From contig OX597818.1 of NCBI GenBank assembly GCA_951406725.2, positions 39,866,001 to 39,930,000 on the forward strand: 64,000 nt of DNA. The letters are read 5' to 3'. The stretch's first letter is position 1; every line of letters starts with the position of its first letter. The DNA comes from Octopus vulgaris (Eukaryota). Below, piece after piece: positions 1-12,521 of the stretch. The notes beneath the pieces were generated by a model, which ran no database searches, was not told where the DNA came from, and saw nothing but the letters and a program-made list of their open reading frames with translations. A program made the translations under genes and the position numbers.

Positions 1-202
1 CAGTTTGACCAGGGCTGGTAAGCTGAGGGGCTCACCAGACTTCAATCTGATTTTGCATGGTTTCTACAGCTGGATACTCTTCCTGACACCAACCACTTAT
101 ATTCAAATCAATATAATATTAAATTCTTATTCCTACAGCCGTTTCCATACCCAATTAGTTCAATTACATCAATGCAAAAATAAAGTATTTAGCTTTCACT
201 GA

Positions 203-1066
203 ATCATCATCATCATTGTTTAACGTCTGCTTTCTATGCTAGCATGGGTTGGATGATTTGACTGAGGACTGGCCAACCAGATGGCTGCATCAGGTTCCAA
301 TCTTGATCTGGCACAGTTTCTACAGCTGGATGCCCTTCCTAACACCAACCACTCCGAGAGTGTAGTGGGTGCTTTTATGTGCCACCAGCACAAAGGCCAG
401 TCAGGCAGCACTGGCAATGGCCATGCTCAAATGGTGTTTTTTACATGCCACTTGCACAGGAGCCAGTCCAGCAGCACTGGCAACAACATCACTCGAATGT
501 TTTTTCACGTGTCACTGGCACAAGTGCCAGTAAGGCAAAGCTGGTAATGATCACGCTTGAATGGTGCTTTTTACATGCCACCAGCACAGAAGCCAGTTAG
601 CTGCTCTGGCAACAATCATGATCAGATGGTTCTCTTAGTGCTCCACTAGCATGGATGCCAGTCATCGAATTTGATTTCGATTTCACTTGCCTTAACAGGT
701 CTTCGCAAGCAGAGTTTAGTGTCCAATGAAGGAAAGGTATGCATAAGTGGGCTGGTTACACCCCTGGCATAGGCCACGATATTATGGTCTCACTTGGCTT
801 GCCGGGTCTTCTCAAGCACAGCATATTTCCAAAGGTCTCGATCACTAGACATTGCCTCGGTGAGGCCTAATGTTCGAAGGTCGTGCTTCACTACTTCATC
901 CCAGGTCTTCCTGGGTCTACATCTTCCACAGGTTCCCTCAACCGCTAGTGTGTGACACTTTTACACGCAGCTATCCTCAACCATTCTTGCCACATGACCA
1001 TACCAGCACAGTCATCTCTCTTGCACACCACATCTGATGCTTCTTAGGTTCAACTTTTCTCTTAAG
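203..1066 (-). mobile_element. 5'-truncated RTE-clade LINE fragment (ORF C-terminus, 3' UTR and (GAT)n tail)
   Basis: Reverse complement matches the end of the LINE at about 4820-5778 (LREKLNLRSIRCGVQER...RPRKTWDEVVKHDLRTLGLTE) and its 3' UTR. Confidence 0.85.
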
Positions 1067-1183
1067 ATGGTGGTGGTGGTGACGGCAGTGGCGGCGGCGG
1101 TAGTGGTGGTGGTAGTAGTAGTATTTGTTGTTGTTGTTCTTCTTCTTGTTCTTGTTCTTCTTGTTGTTGTTGTTGTTGTTGTT

Positions 1184-1227
<44 letters not shown>

Positions 1228-1230
1228 TAC
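1067..1230. repeat. Compound trinucleotide microsatellite (GGT/GTT/GTA)n
   Basis: Seen directly. Confidence 0.95.
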
Positions 1231-1659
1231 AATAACAATAATCTTATCTGCGGAGGGATGAGAAAATGGATTAAAAAGACAAAAATAGTATTAATAAAGG
1301 ATATGTCCATGTATGTGTGTGAACAGACATAATTGCTACCATGGCAGATCAAAAACTCTTAACAGTTTTTCTTCCGGCTCTTTATGTTCTGAATTCAAAT
1401 TCCACCGAGGTCAGTTTTTCTTTTTAGGTGCAAGGGAAGGTTGTGTAGTAAGAACTGTGATTCCTAACCACATGGTTCTGGGTTCAGTCTCACTGAATGC
1501 TACCTCTTCTACTATCACTTTAGGCCAAGCAAAACCTGGTGAATGGATTTGGTAAATGGAGACTAAAAGAAGTATGTTATGTGCATGTGTGTGTGTGTAT
1601 GTGTGTGTGTGCATGTGTGTGTGTGTGTGCCTGTGCGTGTGTATTTATATATATATATA

Positions 1660-1988
1660 CTTTTTTACATGTTTCAGTCGTTTGACTGTGGCCATGCTGG
1701 AGCACCCCAGGACTTTGTAAGCCTAGTACTTATTCTATCGGTCTCTTTTGCCGAACCGCTAAGTTATGGGGACGTAAACACACCAGCATCAGTTGTCAAG
1801 CGAGATATATATATATATATATACAACAGGTTTCCTTCAGTTTCAGTCTACCAAATCCACTCACAAGGCTTTGGTCGGCTCGAGGGTATAGTAGAAGACA
1901 CTTGCCCAAGGTGCCACACAGTGGGACTGAACCCGGAACCATGTGGTTGGTAAGCAAGCTACTTACTACACAGCCACTCCTACGCCTA
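1660..1988 (-). mobile_element. tRNA-derived SINE, family A (head ggcgcaggagtggctgtgtggtaag, CORE-like ccttgggcaagtg)
   Basis: Reverse complement of the family seen full-length at 40112-40535; internally deleted copy. Confidence 0.85.
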
Positions 1989-2069
1989 TATATATATATA
2001 TGTATAATATATATATAAGTATACATATGTGTGTGTACATAAATACATATGTATGTGTGTGTATGCGTG

Positions 2070-2345
2070 TGCCAGTGCTGCCTGACTGGTTCCAGTCCCA
2101 GTGGCATGTAAATAGAACCATTCAAGTGTAATCAATGCCAGTACCATCTGACTGGATCCTGTGCAAATTGCACATAAAAAGTAACCACTACACTCTCGGA
2201 GTGGTTGGCATTAGGAATGGCATCCAGCTGTAGAAACACTGCCAGATCAGATTGGAGCCTGGTGCAGCCTCCTGGCTTGCCAGACCTCAGTCAAACCGTC
2301 CAACCCATGCCAGCATGGAAAGCAGACGTTAAATGATGATGATGA
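2070..2345 (+). mobile_element. RTE LINE 3' UTR fragment
   Basis: gtggttggcattaggaatggcatccagctgtagaaac...ttaaat(gat)n matches about 5600-5778. Confidence 0.8.
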
Positions 2346-2649
2346 TGGCGGTGGTGGTGTTGGTGGTGGTGGTGGTGATGGTGGGGGGGGGGTGATGGTG
2401 GTGGTAGTGGTGGTGATGGTGATATTTGTCTGTGTGTCTTTGTGTTTGAGTTTGTTGCCCGCCACTACTTAACAACTGTTGTTGCTTGTTTACATCTCTG
2501 TAACTTAGTGACTCAGCAAAAAGAGACTGATAAATTAAGTACTGGGATCAATTCATTCGACATTGCTCCTGCATGGCCATGATGACTGACAGAAGTAAAA
2601 AGTAAACAATGTGGTCATAGTTGGATGGTTGAATCCAGTAAAACATTCT

Positions 2650-2938
2650 TTTATTCTTTTGCTTGTTTCAGTCATTTGACTGAGGCCATGCTGGAGCACC
2701 GCCTTTAGTCGAACAAATCGACCCCAGGACTTATTCTTTGCAAGCCTAGTACTTATTTTATCAGTCTCTCTTGTCAAACTGCTAAGTTACGAGGGATGTA
2801 AACACACCATCATTGGTTGTCAAGCGATGGTGGGGGGAAGAACACAGACACAAATAGATACATACATACATACATACATACATACATACACATATACATA
2901 CATACACACATACATACATACACACATACATATATATA

Positions 2939-2983
<45 letters not shown>

Positions 2984-3150
2984 ATATACAATGTGCCTCT
3001 TTCAGTTTCCGTCTACCAAATCTACTCACAAGGCTTTGGTTGGCTCGAGGTTACAGGAGAAGACACTGCCCAAAGTGCCATGCAGTGGAACTGATCACGG
3101 AACCATGTGGCTGGGAAGCAAATTTCCTACTGCACAGCCACTCCTGTGCC
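2650..3150 (-). mobile_element. SINE family A, full-length copy with internal microsatellite
   Basis: Collinear with 40112-40535. Confidence 0.9.
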
Positions 3151-3329
3151 TATGTACAAAATATACCAGACATGTAAAAAAATCCACTCTATACTGATAA
3201 AATATGTGGGATTATCAATACACCACAGTACTTCTTTGTTAATTGGCTTTATATTGGTTCCAAATTTTGGCACAAAGCCAGCAATTTCAGGAGAGGGGAT
3301 AAGTTGATTACATTGACCCCAATACAGTT

Positions 3330-3689
3330 CTATATTTAAGAGATGAGGAATTATGTACATTATTTACATTATTTACATTCGACGGATAGCCCACTGGCAT
3401 ATGGTGTAGTGGTTAAGAGCGCGGGCTACTTACCCCAAGATTTCGAGTTCGATTCCAAGCAGAGACCTGAACAATAATAATAATAATAATAATAATGATG
3501 ATAATAATAATAATAATAAAAATAATAACATTGAAGAATACCTTAGGAATGAGAACCCCAGGTTCAAAATTTCCCCAAGACACCCGAAGAAGGCTTGGAG
3601 GGTATATCAGCCGAGACGTTGTGTTAACAACAAACAAGATGAGGACAAATATCCGTCGAATGTAAATAATATAAATAATTGACCCCAAT
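3330..3689 (+). mobile_element. tRNA-headed short element with hammerhead-like tail and inverted 5' copy of its own 3' end
   Basis: A box TGGTGTAGTGG 3402-3412; B box GAGTTCGATTCC 3445-3456; (AAT)n; HHR-like 3579-3625; attatttacattcgacggata is inverse to tatccgtcgaatgtaaataat; attgaccccaat duplicated at 3312 and 3678. Confidence 0.7.
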
Positions 3690-3745
3690 GTTCAACTGGT
3701 ATTTATTTTTATCAACTAATTAGAGAGAGAGTTAGTTTAGATGAG

Positions 3746-5096
3746 ATGCAGTTTGGGTTTGTGCCAGGGAAAAGTACTACTGATGCTATATTCCTGGTAA
3801 GGCAGCTGCAGGAGAAATACCTAGCCAAAGATAAGCCCCTGTACCTGGCTTTTGTTGACATGGAGAAAGCCTTCGACAGGGTCCCCCGATCCCTTATCTG
3901 GTGGGCAATGAGGAAACTAGGGATAGATGAATGGTTAGTGAGAGCTGTGCGGGCCATGTATAGGGACGCTGCTAGTAGGGTGAGGGTTGGAAACGAGTAC
4001 AGTGAAGAATTCCGGGTAGAGGTAGGGATCCACCAAGGCTCAGTACTCAGCCCCCTCCTATTTATCATAGTCCTCCAGGCAATAACGGAGGAATTCAAGA
4101 CAGGATGCCCTTGGGAGCTCCTCTATGCTGATGACCTTGCTCTAATTGCTGAGTCGCTATCAGAACTGGAGGAGAAGTTTCAGGTGTGGAAACAAGGATT
4201 AGAATCGAAGGGCCTCAGAGTCAATCTAGCTAAAACCAAAGTTGTAATCAGTAGGAAGGTAGACAAATCACAAACGCCTTCAGGTAGATGGCCCTGCTCG
4301 ATCTGTAGAAAAGGTGTAGGTAGAAACTCTATAAGATGCACCAAGTGTAAGCTATGGACACATAAGAGGTGCAGCAATGTCAAAGGAAGGCTAACTAGGA
4401 AGATGGTTTTTGTATGTGGCAGATGCTCAGGAACAATAAACACTGAAAATGCTCTGAGACCAACTTCCGTCACTTTCCAGGGAGAAAAACTAGAAATAGT
4501 TGATAGTTTCCGTTACCTAGGTGACCAAGTCAGCATCGGGGGCGGGTGTGCTGAAAGTGTAACTGCTAGAGTAAGAATAGCTTGGGCAAAGAATAGCTTG
4601 GGCAAAGTTCAGAGAGCTCTTACCTCTGCTGGTGACAAAAGGCCTCTCGCACAGAGTGAAAGGCAGACTGTATGATGTGTGTGTATGAACAGCCATGCTA
4701 CATGGCAGTGAAACATGGGCCGTGACTGCTGAGGATATGCGTAAGCTCGCAAGAAATGAAGCCAGTATGCTCCGATGGATGTGTAATGTCAGTGTTCATA
4801 ATCGACAGAGTGTAAGTACCTTGAGAGAAAAGCTGGACCTAAGAAGCATCAGTTGTGGTGTGCAAGAGAGACGATTGCGCTGGTATGGTCATGTGGTGAG
4901 AATGGATGAAGATAGTTGTGTGAAAAAGTGCCACACCCTAGCGGTTGAGGGAACCTGTGGAAGAGGCAGACCCAGGAAAACCTGGGACGAGGTGGTGAAG
5001 CACGACCTTCGAACTTTAGGTCTCACTGAGGAAATGACTAGAGACCGAGTCCTCTGGAAGTGTGCTGTGCGCGAGAAGACCCAGCAGGACAAGTGA
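3746..5096 (+). pseudogene. Disrupted RTE reverse transcriptase ORF
   Basis: A 16-bp tandem duplication gaatagcttgggcaaa (4575-4606) frameshifts the ORF; a further in-frame TGA lies near 4686; ORF pieces 3746-4675 and 4695-5096. Confidence 0.9.
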
Positions 5097-5168
5097 GTCC
5101 ATAACCCGTGGCCTTCTACTTGGGATGGACACAGCCTACGTATGCATACCTTCCCTTCTTGGGACACA

Positions 5169-5447
5169 AAACTCTACTTGTGAAGACCTGTTGAGGCAAG
5201 TGAGGATCAGAATCGAAATCGATCAATGGAAATTGCAGATGTGTTACCAGTGCCGGTGGCATGTCGAAACTCTACTTGTGAAGACCCGTTGAGGCAAGTG
5301 AGGATCAGAATGGAAATTGCAGATGTGTTACCAGTGCCGGTGGCATGTCGAAACTCTACTTGTGAAGACCCGTTGAGGCAAGTGAGGATCAGAATGGAAA
5401 TCGATCAATGGAAATTGCAGATGTGTTACCAGTGCCGGTGGCATGTA
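5169..5447 (+). repeat. Three tandem ~80-100 bp units in the LINE 3' UTR
   Basis: aaactctacttgtgaagacc...ccagtgccggtggcatgt repeated three times. Confidence 0.9.
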
Positions 5448-6399
5448 AGAGAACCTTCCATTTCGCGACCGTTGCCAGCACCGCCCCGTTTCGTGTCCGT
5501 TGCCAGCCTCGCCTGGCCCTTGTGCCGGTGGCACATAAAAAGCACCATCCGTTCGTGGCCGTTTGCCAGCTCTGTTTGGCACCTGTGCGGGTGGCACGTA
5601 AAAAGCACCCACTACACTCACGGAGTGGTTGGCGTTAGGAAGGGCATCCAGCCGTAGAAACACTGCCAGATTGACTGGGCCTGATGAAGCCTTCTGGCTT
5701 CACAGACCCCAGTAGAACCGTCCAACCCATGCTAGCATGGAAAACGGACGCTAAACGACGATGATGATGATGATGATGAACCCTGAGAGGATGAAAGGTA
5801 AAATCAGCCTTTGCAGCATTTGAGCTCAGAACATAAGGAGGGGCAAAATATCACTAAGCATTTTGCCTGGTGTGCTAATGATTCTACTAGCTCGTTAACA
5901 AAAGTAAGATGCTTACAGAACCTAATTAATTGGCTTTAGATTAAATATAACAACTATATATAATTTGTTTTTATAAACTTGTTCAATGGGATATTTGTAT
6001 TCTGCATTAAGAGTGGTGAAAGAAAAGAAACAGAGGATGAGGGTAAGCGTGGTTGGTGGAGATGACGTATTGAGAAAACACATGTAAATAGGGATGAACA
6101 GGCAATCAATCAACATTCTGTTTATGGGGACCAAATTGAAAGAAGTATAATTGACATATCATTGACGATCAGACAAAGCAATAAAAATCACATTATTTGG
6201 TTTGTCAATCACTCGTGTTTATACAGTTTCTGTTTAAGTGTATGCGTGTGAATGTGTCTTTTATATAACATAGTCAGTATTAACCATCTATATATCATAC
6301 ATAATGTAAACACATTATGAAAGGCAAATTTACTGTGATAATCATCCAGATAGCTTATTTACAACAGCATTGATTGTTTATTCACTGTTTTCCAATATA

Positions 6400-6800
6400 C
6401 TCTTTCTCTTTTACTCTTTTACTTGTTTCAGTCATTTGACTGCGGCCATGCTGGAGCACCGCCTTTAGTCGAGCAAATCGACCCCGGGACTTATTCTTTG
6501 TAAGCCCAGTACTTATTCTATCGGTCTCTTTTGCCGAACCGCTATGTGACGGGACGTAAACACACCAGCATCGGTTGTCAAGCAATGCTAGGGGGACAAA
6601 CACAGACACACATACACACACATACATATATATATATACATATATACGACAGGCTTCTTTCAGTTTCCGTCTACCAAATCCACTCACAAGGCATTGGTCG
6701 GCCCGGGGCTATAGCAGAAGACACTTGCCCAAGATGCCACGCAGTCGGACTGAACCCGGAACCATGTGGTTGGTAAACAAGCTACTTACCACACAGCCAT
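6400..6800 (-). mobile_element. SINE family A, young copy
   Basis: Near-identical to the reverse complement of 40902-41300. Confidence 0.9.
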
Positions 6801-7073
6801 ATATCTGTCATGAAAAGTTTCTATAGCATCTTCTTTGTCTTCTTTTATTTGTGTCACTAATTGAACTGTGACCATGCTACAGTATTACCTTCATGGCTTT
6901 AATTGAACAAATCACTTCTCTTACTTAATTTTAAGTGGGAGAAGGGATTTGTTCAGCTAAAGCCTTCAAGTATCAAACTTGAAATTAAATTTGGTACTTA
7001 TTCAACTCAATTAGTCTCTTTCCCTGAACTGCTAAGTTACAGAGATGTAAACAAACTAGCTCTGGTTGGCAAG

Positions 7074-7104
<31 letters not shown>

Positions 7105-7129
7105 TATGTATAAGTATGCATCTTTTTTT

Positions 7130-7303
7130 TTATGACTTGTTTCAGTCATTAGACTGTGGCCATGCTGGGGCACTGCCTTGAAGAATTTTTAGTTCTAATT
7201 TTTGCTTTTTAAAGTCTGTTACTTATTCTATTGGTCTCATTTGCCAAAATACTAAGTTACAGAAACCAACATCTGTTCTCAGGTGGTGGTGGTGGTTGGG
7301 GGA

Positions 7304-7380
<77 letters not shown>

Positions 7381-7595
7381 ATGCACGCACACATACACAC
7401 ACGCATACACACGCACACATACACATGTATATATGTATGTATATATACAATGGGCTTCTTTCACTTTCCATCCACCAAATCCACAAACAAAGCTTTGGTC
7501 AGCAAAAGGTACTTGCCCAAGGTGCCACACGGTGGGACTGAACCCAGCATCATGTGGTTATAACACAAGCTTCTTACAATACAGCCACACCTGTG
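7130..7595 (-). mobile_element. SINE family A, older copy with (CA)n
   Basis: Collinear but diverged. Confidence 0.75.
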
Positions 7596-7654
7596 TGTAT
7601 ATATTATATATAACTGTATATATAACTATATACATGTATATATGTTCTTTCTGA

Positions 7655-7903
7655 CGCATTGACAAAAATGGAACTATTATGTTGGGTAGTTATGTATGGG
7701 CTCTGAAGACCAACTGCACACCACATACAATCAAGCAAAGAATCATGGAAAAATCTATGCCAAATATAAATCGATCAAAGAAATGCAACTTATGCGTAGC
7801 TGAAAGATTGCACATTTTCAGACCCAAGAATTCCACCATATTACTTAATTCGACATCTGAAATTTTAAGCAAATGCAAGCATATGGGCAAATTTCTTTTG
7901 TGA
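7655..7903 (+). pseudogene. Penelope-like element GIY-YIG endonuclease C-terminal remnant
   Basis: SYVWALK...KKCNLCVAERLHI...LLNSTSEILSKCKHMGKFLL resembles the PLE C-terminal CxLC..EK..I...LLN.RSE..SKCRH pattern. Confidence 0.8.
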
Positions 7904-9044
7904 AACTGAAGGACATCCACCTCTCCAATCTGAACAGCTGTCTGATAGACTTTGGACTCCTCACTGTTCAATTATTCTAAACCAGTTAGATTAATAATGA
8001 TTTCTACGGTTGGAGGGTGTGTAACTTTTGATTTTATTTTCTTTCCTTTCTTTTTCTGTTTTTATTCACTCTTTGTTTTCTCATTTCACTTTTGTATCAA
8101 CCTTCTCCTCTTTTTGTCTTGTGGTTTCTCATGTACTAGCATCCTGGTTTTCAAACAGAACCAACCATGTTCCCTAAGCTTAAAGATTGCTTAGAGACAA
8201 GGTACATCATATAAATCTCTCTAATTACAGTGTTTTCATGGCTCAGTCTTTATACTGTGTACATTAAATGATATTTATCTGTCACTGGATGTAGTATTTT
8301 TTGTTGGTGCTACCTAAATGAAACAGTAAGCTATAACTATGTGTATATGTATGTATGCATGTATGTATGTATGTATGTATGTATGTATGTATGTATGTTT
8401 GCATGTGTGTGTATGCATGTGTGTGTGTATCCTCCCAACTTCTTTGTGTTTGTTCCTTCTCGAGCCATGCCTGGCTCATTAGGGCCGGTTTCCTGGTTTC
8501 CTTGGCATTTAGGTTTCCCACCTGGACGGGACGTGGTGGTGGTTTTGGTGGTTTTGGTGGTGGTGGTGGTGATGATGGTGCTAATGATGGTACTGATGAT
8601 GGTGCTGATGATGAGGAGGAGGAGGAGGAGGAGGCAGTATGCAGGGGGAACCATTCTGACTTCCAATTTTGCCATAAACTTCTTGGATGGCAGACTTAAT
8701 CTGCTGCACAGTTCATTACCGTTACCTAGTCTCTTGGTACCTTTGGTAAAGTCCATTCCATCATAAGCATCGGACTAGGTCTCTGTACCTCCTACCAATC
8801 TCAGAAGGCAGTGAGGTTGAAGCTAGTATTTGTCACTTTGAGAACTATTCTGTTATGGCACAAAAAATTGTGCAAGTAAGGAGAAAAAAACACTCAAGAC
8901 AAGATGCAGTGTTGAATCATATTTATAAGAGAATGAAAACTTCACTAAAGGCTACAATGGTTTTTCACATATCCAGCCTTAAATTCAAGTAAATTTTATA
9001 TATTCTTAATGAACTCCAGCCGTCTAATATAAAGAAAAATTATA

Positions 9045-9470
9045 CAGGTGCAGGAGTGGCTGTGTGGTAAGTAGTTTGTTTACCAACTACATGATTCTAG
9101 GTTCAGTTTCACTGCATGGCACCTTGGGCAAGTGTCTTCTTCTATAGCCTCAGATCAACCAAAACCGTGTGAGTGGATTTGGTAGACAGAAACTGAAAGA
9201 ATCCCGTCATATGTATGTGTGTGTGTGTGTGCATGTGTGTGTGTGTGTGTGTCTGTATTTGTTCCCCACCATCACTTGACAACCAGTTTTGGTGTGTTTA
9301 CGTCTCTGTAACATAGTGGTTCAGCAAAAAAAAAAACCAAAAGAATAAATACTAGGCTTACGAAGAATAAGTCCTGGGGGTCAATTCGTTCAACTAAAGG
9401 TGGTGCTCCAGCATGGCCACAGCCAAATGACTGAAACAAATATTAGAATAGAAGAAAAGAATAAAAGAAT
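9045..9470 (+). mobile_element. SINE family A
   Basis: caggagtggctgtgtggtaag head through aaaagaat tail. Confidence 0.9.
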
Positions 9471-10170
9471 AAGGGTACACACTGATACTTAATCTCTGCT
9501 ATCCTTTCTTCCCTTCTTTTGGGGGTACCCATGTATTTTCTCTTTAGCAAGACACCTATTCCTGTTCCTCTTTCCTATTTTAACTTCTCTACATCTGGTG
9601 TAAAGCCATCTCTTTCAATACTATACCCCAACTTTGTGAAGGGGCTTTGTTTTGCAAGTTGTTTGGTGACCCCACTAAGGCTGGTGTCATGAAAACAATC
9701 GCCTAGCATACTCTGTAAAGTGGTTGACTTTTGGAAGAGGCATCCAGCCATTGAAACCTTGCCAACACAGCCCTCGGACTAGTTAGATCTTTTCAAATCA
9801 TCCAACCCATGCCAGCAGGCAACATAGGTATTAAATGATGGTAACGACGACGACGACGATGATGATATACATATTTCTACATGAAAGAAATTTTGATCAA
9901 ATATATTTCATACATTTTTTCATAGATACAAAAAGATACAAAAAAAATCCAGAGAAGGGTTAATTCCCTTAAAAGTTATCTCCCTTAAATCTAATGACAA
10001 TAAATTCATTTTTATAAAAAGAAAAAATAGTTATTTCCCTTAGAAATTATCTCCCTTAGATCTAAGGTCACTAAATTCGTTGCAAAACTCCCAATGTTGT
10101 TGTTGTTGTTGTTCATGCTGTCACTGTTACTACTTTTATTGCTTTTATTGTAAGGCAATGAAAATGGTAG

Positions 10171-10590
10171 GGATCTTTTCGGTTTGAACGGCAGTTTTTA
10201 ACATAATTTCTAGGTAGTTAAAAAATTTTAAACTTCGTATACTGGTAGAATGTGTTTAGAAAACATCTTTTTCTCGTGGCTATATTGAGAAAATTCTATA
10301 GTTTGTAAGATATTTGTTGTATTTCTTCTTCAATTTCTGCTATTTCAACCAATCAATGACGTGTATTGAGTTAAAAAAAAACATTCTGTGCCGTATGAAT
10401 ATGTCCCTCGTTTAAGAAACAGATTGGGTTTATTTACATTTGTGAAGAAAAAAAGATATCCTTCCCCCCATCCCTAACCCTAACCCTAAAACCGACTGAA
10501 ATGCAATAGATCGATACTAGGGTCATAATTATGGGTAACAATTTCATATGACACCACTAGAAAAAACTGCCGTTCAAACCGAAAAGATCC
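10171..10590. mobile_element. MITE with ~29-bp TIRs and internal (CCCTAA)n
   Basis: ggatcttttcggtttgaacggcagttttt ... aaaaactgccgttcaaaccgaaaagatcc; further copies at 22918, 32102 and 61113. Confidence 0.9.
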
Positions 10591-10954
10591 AATGGTCAGC
10601 AGCACTTCTGGCCCTTTACATTCTGTGTTCAAAATGCCAGCGAAGTCAACTTCGCCTTTCATCCTTTCGAAGTTAATAAAACTAAGTACCAGATAAACAC
10701 TGGTGGGGAGGAGGATTGGGGGGTGGTTTCGATGTAATCAACTAATCCCCTTCCTTCAAAAAAATTTCTGGCCTTACAACAAAATTCAAACTATTAAAGG
10801 TGGCGACTTGCTAGAATTGCTAACATACTGGACAAAACGCTTGGCAGTATTTCTTTTGGCTTCACGTTCCGAGAACAAATTCATCCAAGCTGCATGTTGT
10901 CATATCAATAGCTTGCCAAGCAGTATCTCTCTCTTAGTTTGTAATTATTGCTGT

Positions 10955-11218
10955 TGTCATTTTTTCACGCTGAGAGTTGCTGAAGCGTGGAACAAACTGC
11001 CGGCATCAATTGTTAGTTGTCGGAGCACTGCATCCTTCAAGACTTCCATGCTTCCTGAGATTCGCCAACACTACACTTGATTTTCTCCCCTCCATACACA
11101 CACAAGCATGTTCACTTTCCAGACATTTCTACATTACTGCATGTACTTTATATGCACTTTCTGACAAGTTGTGGTGCACCTGAGCACTGTATACAATAAT
11201 TTCATTATTATATTATTA
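10955..11218 (+). mobile_element. CR1-like LINE 3' end
   Basis: HFFTLRVAEAWNKLPASIV is a typical CR1 C-terminal motif, followed by a short 3' UTR and (ATT)n tail. Confidence 0.8.
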
Positions 11219-12119
11219 TCTGTAAAAGGCCAACACAGTTTGTCTTTATGTGCAATAATAAAATCTTCTGTTAAATGTTCGTGAGTATTGTTCAGTTACT
11301 TCTATGCACATCCCAAGAAGCAATTTCATTCATCAACTCAAATAGTCACCACTACAGATCAACAAACCTACAGATCACAACAACAGTAATTTGAGGGAGA
11401 TTTAGCTGATGTTTCCAGTAGGATGAGTGAATGCATAGATACTCTCTCACTGGCTCAGATAATATAATTTGATTATTTTTTTGTAATAGTCCTACCTTTA
11501 GTGAAATTTATCATTAACAGCTAAATGAAACAATTAAAATTGAATTGTTATATAGCAAGCTGCATGCAATAAAAGGTCAGCCTATGGCAAGGTGAGATTG
11601 TATTATGATAGAAGTCTATTCTCATCACTTCCATTGATAAAACCTTTGGAAAGGGCTTTAGCAATACCTATCACATTTTCTTCTTCTTGACCCAATGAGG
11701 GTATCTCTACATGGTCATTTACCTGCTAATAGTACCTGTGATTCAAAGGGCCAGCCTTGTCACATTTTGTATCATGCTGAATCTCCCTGAGTGCTATATC
11801 AAGGGTATGCATGTCTGTGGAGCACTCAGCCACTTACACATTAATTTCATGAGCAGACTGTTCTATTGATCAGATCAACTGGAACTCTTGTTATTGATGT
11901 ACTCAAAGTGACCCAGAACAGGTCGAAACATGTATCATACCCAATAAAATCTTTTCTCCTCCCATTTATTTTATCAATACTGTTACTCTAGCCATCACTA
12001 CGAAGTTCCTCCAATAAATTTATCGATAACAACAGGTAATCGAAACTGTGCCAGTGCTTTACTCACTATCTATTTATACATTTTGTATAATTTCACCATT
12101 ATATATATATATATATATC

Positions 12120-12390
12120 GCCTCGACTGGCTTCCGTGCCGGTGGCACGTAAAATGCACCAATAAGACCATGGCCGCTGCCAGCCTCGCCTGGCACCTGT
12201 GCAGGTGGCACGTAAAAAGCACCCACTACACTCACGGAGTGGTTGGCATTAGGAAGGGCATCCAGCTGTAGAAACACTGCCAGATCAGACTGGAGCCTGG
12301 TGCAGCCTTCTGGCTTCCCAGATCCCCGGTCGAACCATCCAACCCATGCTAGCATGGAGAATGGACGTTAAACGATGATGATAATGATGA
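12120..12390 (+). mobile_element. RTE LINE 3' UTR fragment in (TA)n
   Basis: Matches about 5520-5778. Confidence 0.85.
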
Positions 12391-12521
12391 TATATATATA
12401 TCAATCCATGCCAGCACAGTAAATGGTCATTAAAGGATGATGATGTTGAGGACGATAATGTGTGTGCATGTGCACATATATAATGTGTGCACGTGCACAC
12501 ACACACGCACACACACACATA

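Larger units (their letters stand above)
3714..5778 (+). mobile_element. 5'-truncated RTE-clade LINE (RT, C-terminus, repetitive 3' UTR, (GAT)n tail)
   Basis: RT motifs QFGF, FVDMEKAFDRV, QGSVLSPLLF, YADD, FRYLG; RTE C-terminus RRLRWYGHVVRM...RGRPRKTW. Confidence 0.95.

Noticed and set aside
3396-3470. Possible genuine tRNA gene
   Set aside because: A and B boxes are present but there is no convincing acceptor stem; it is a SINE head.
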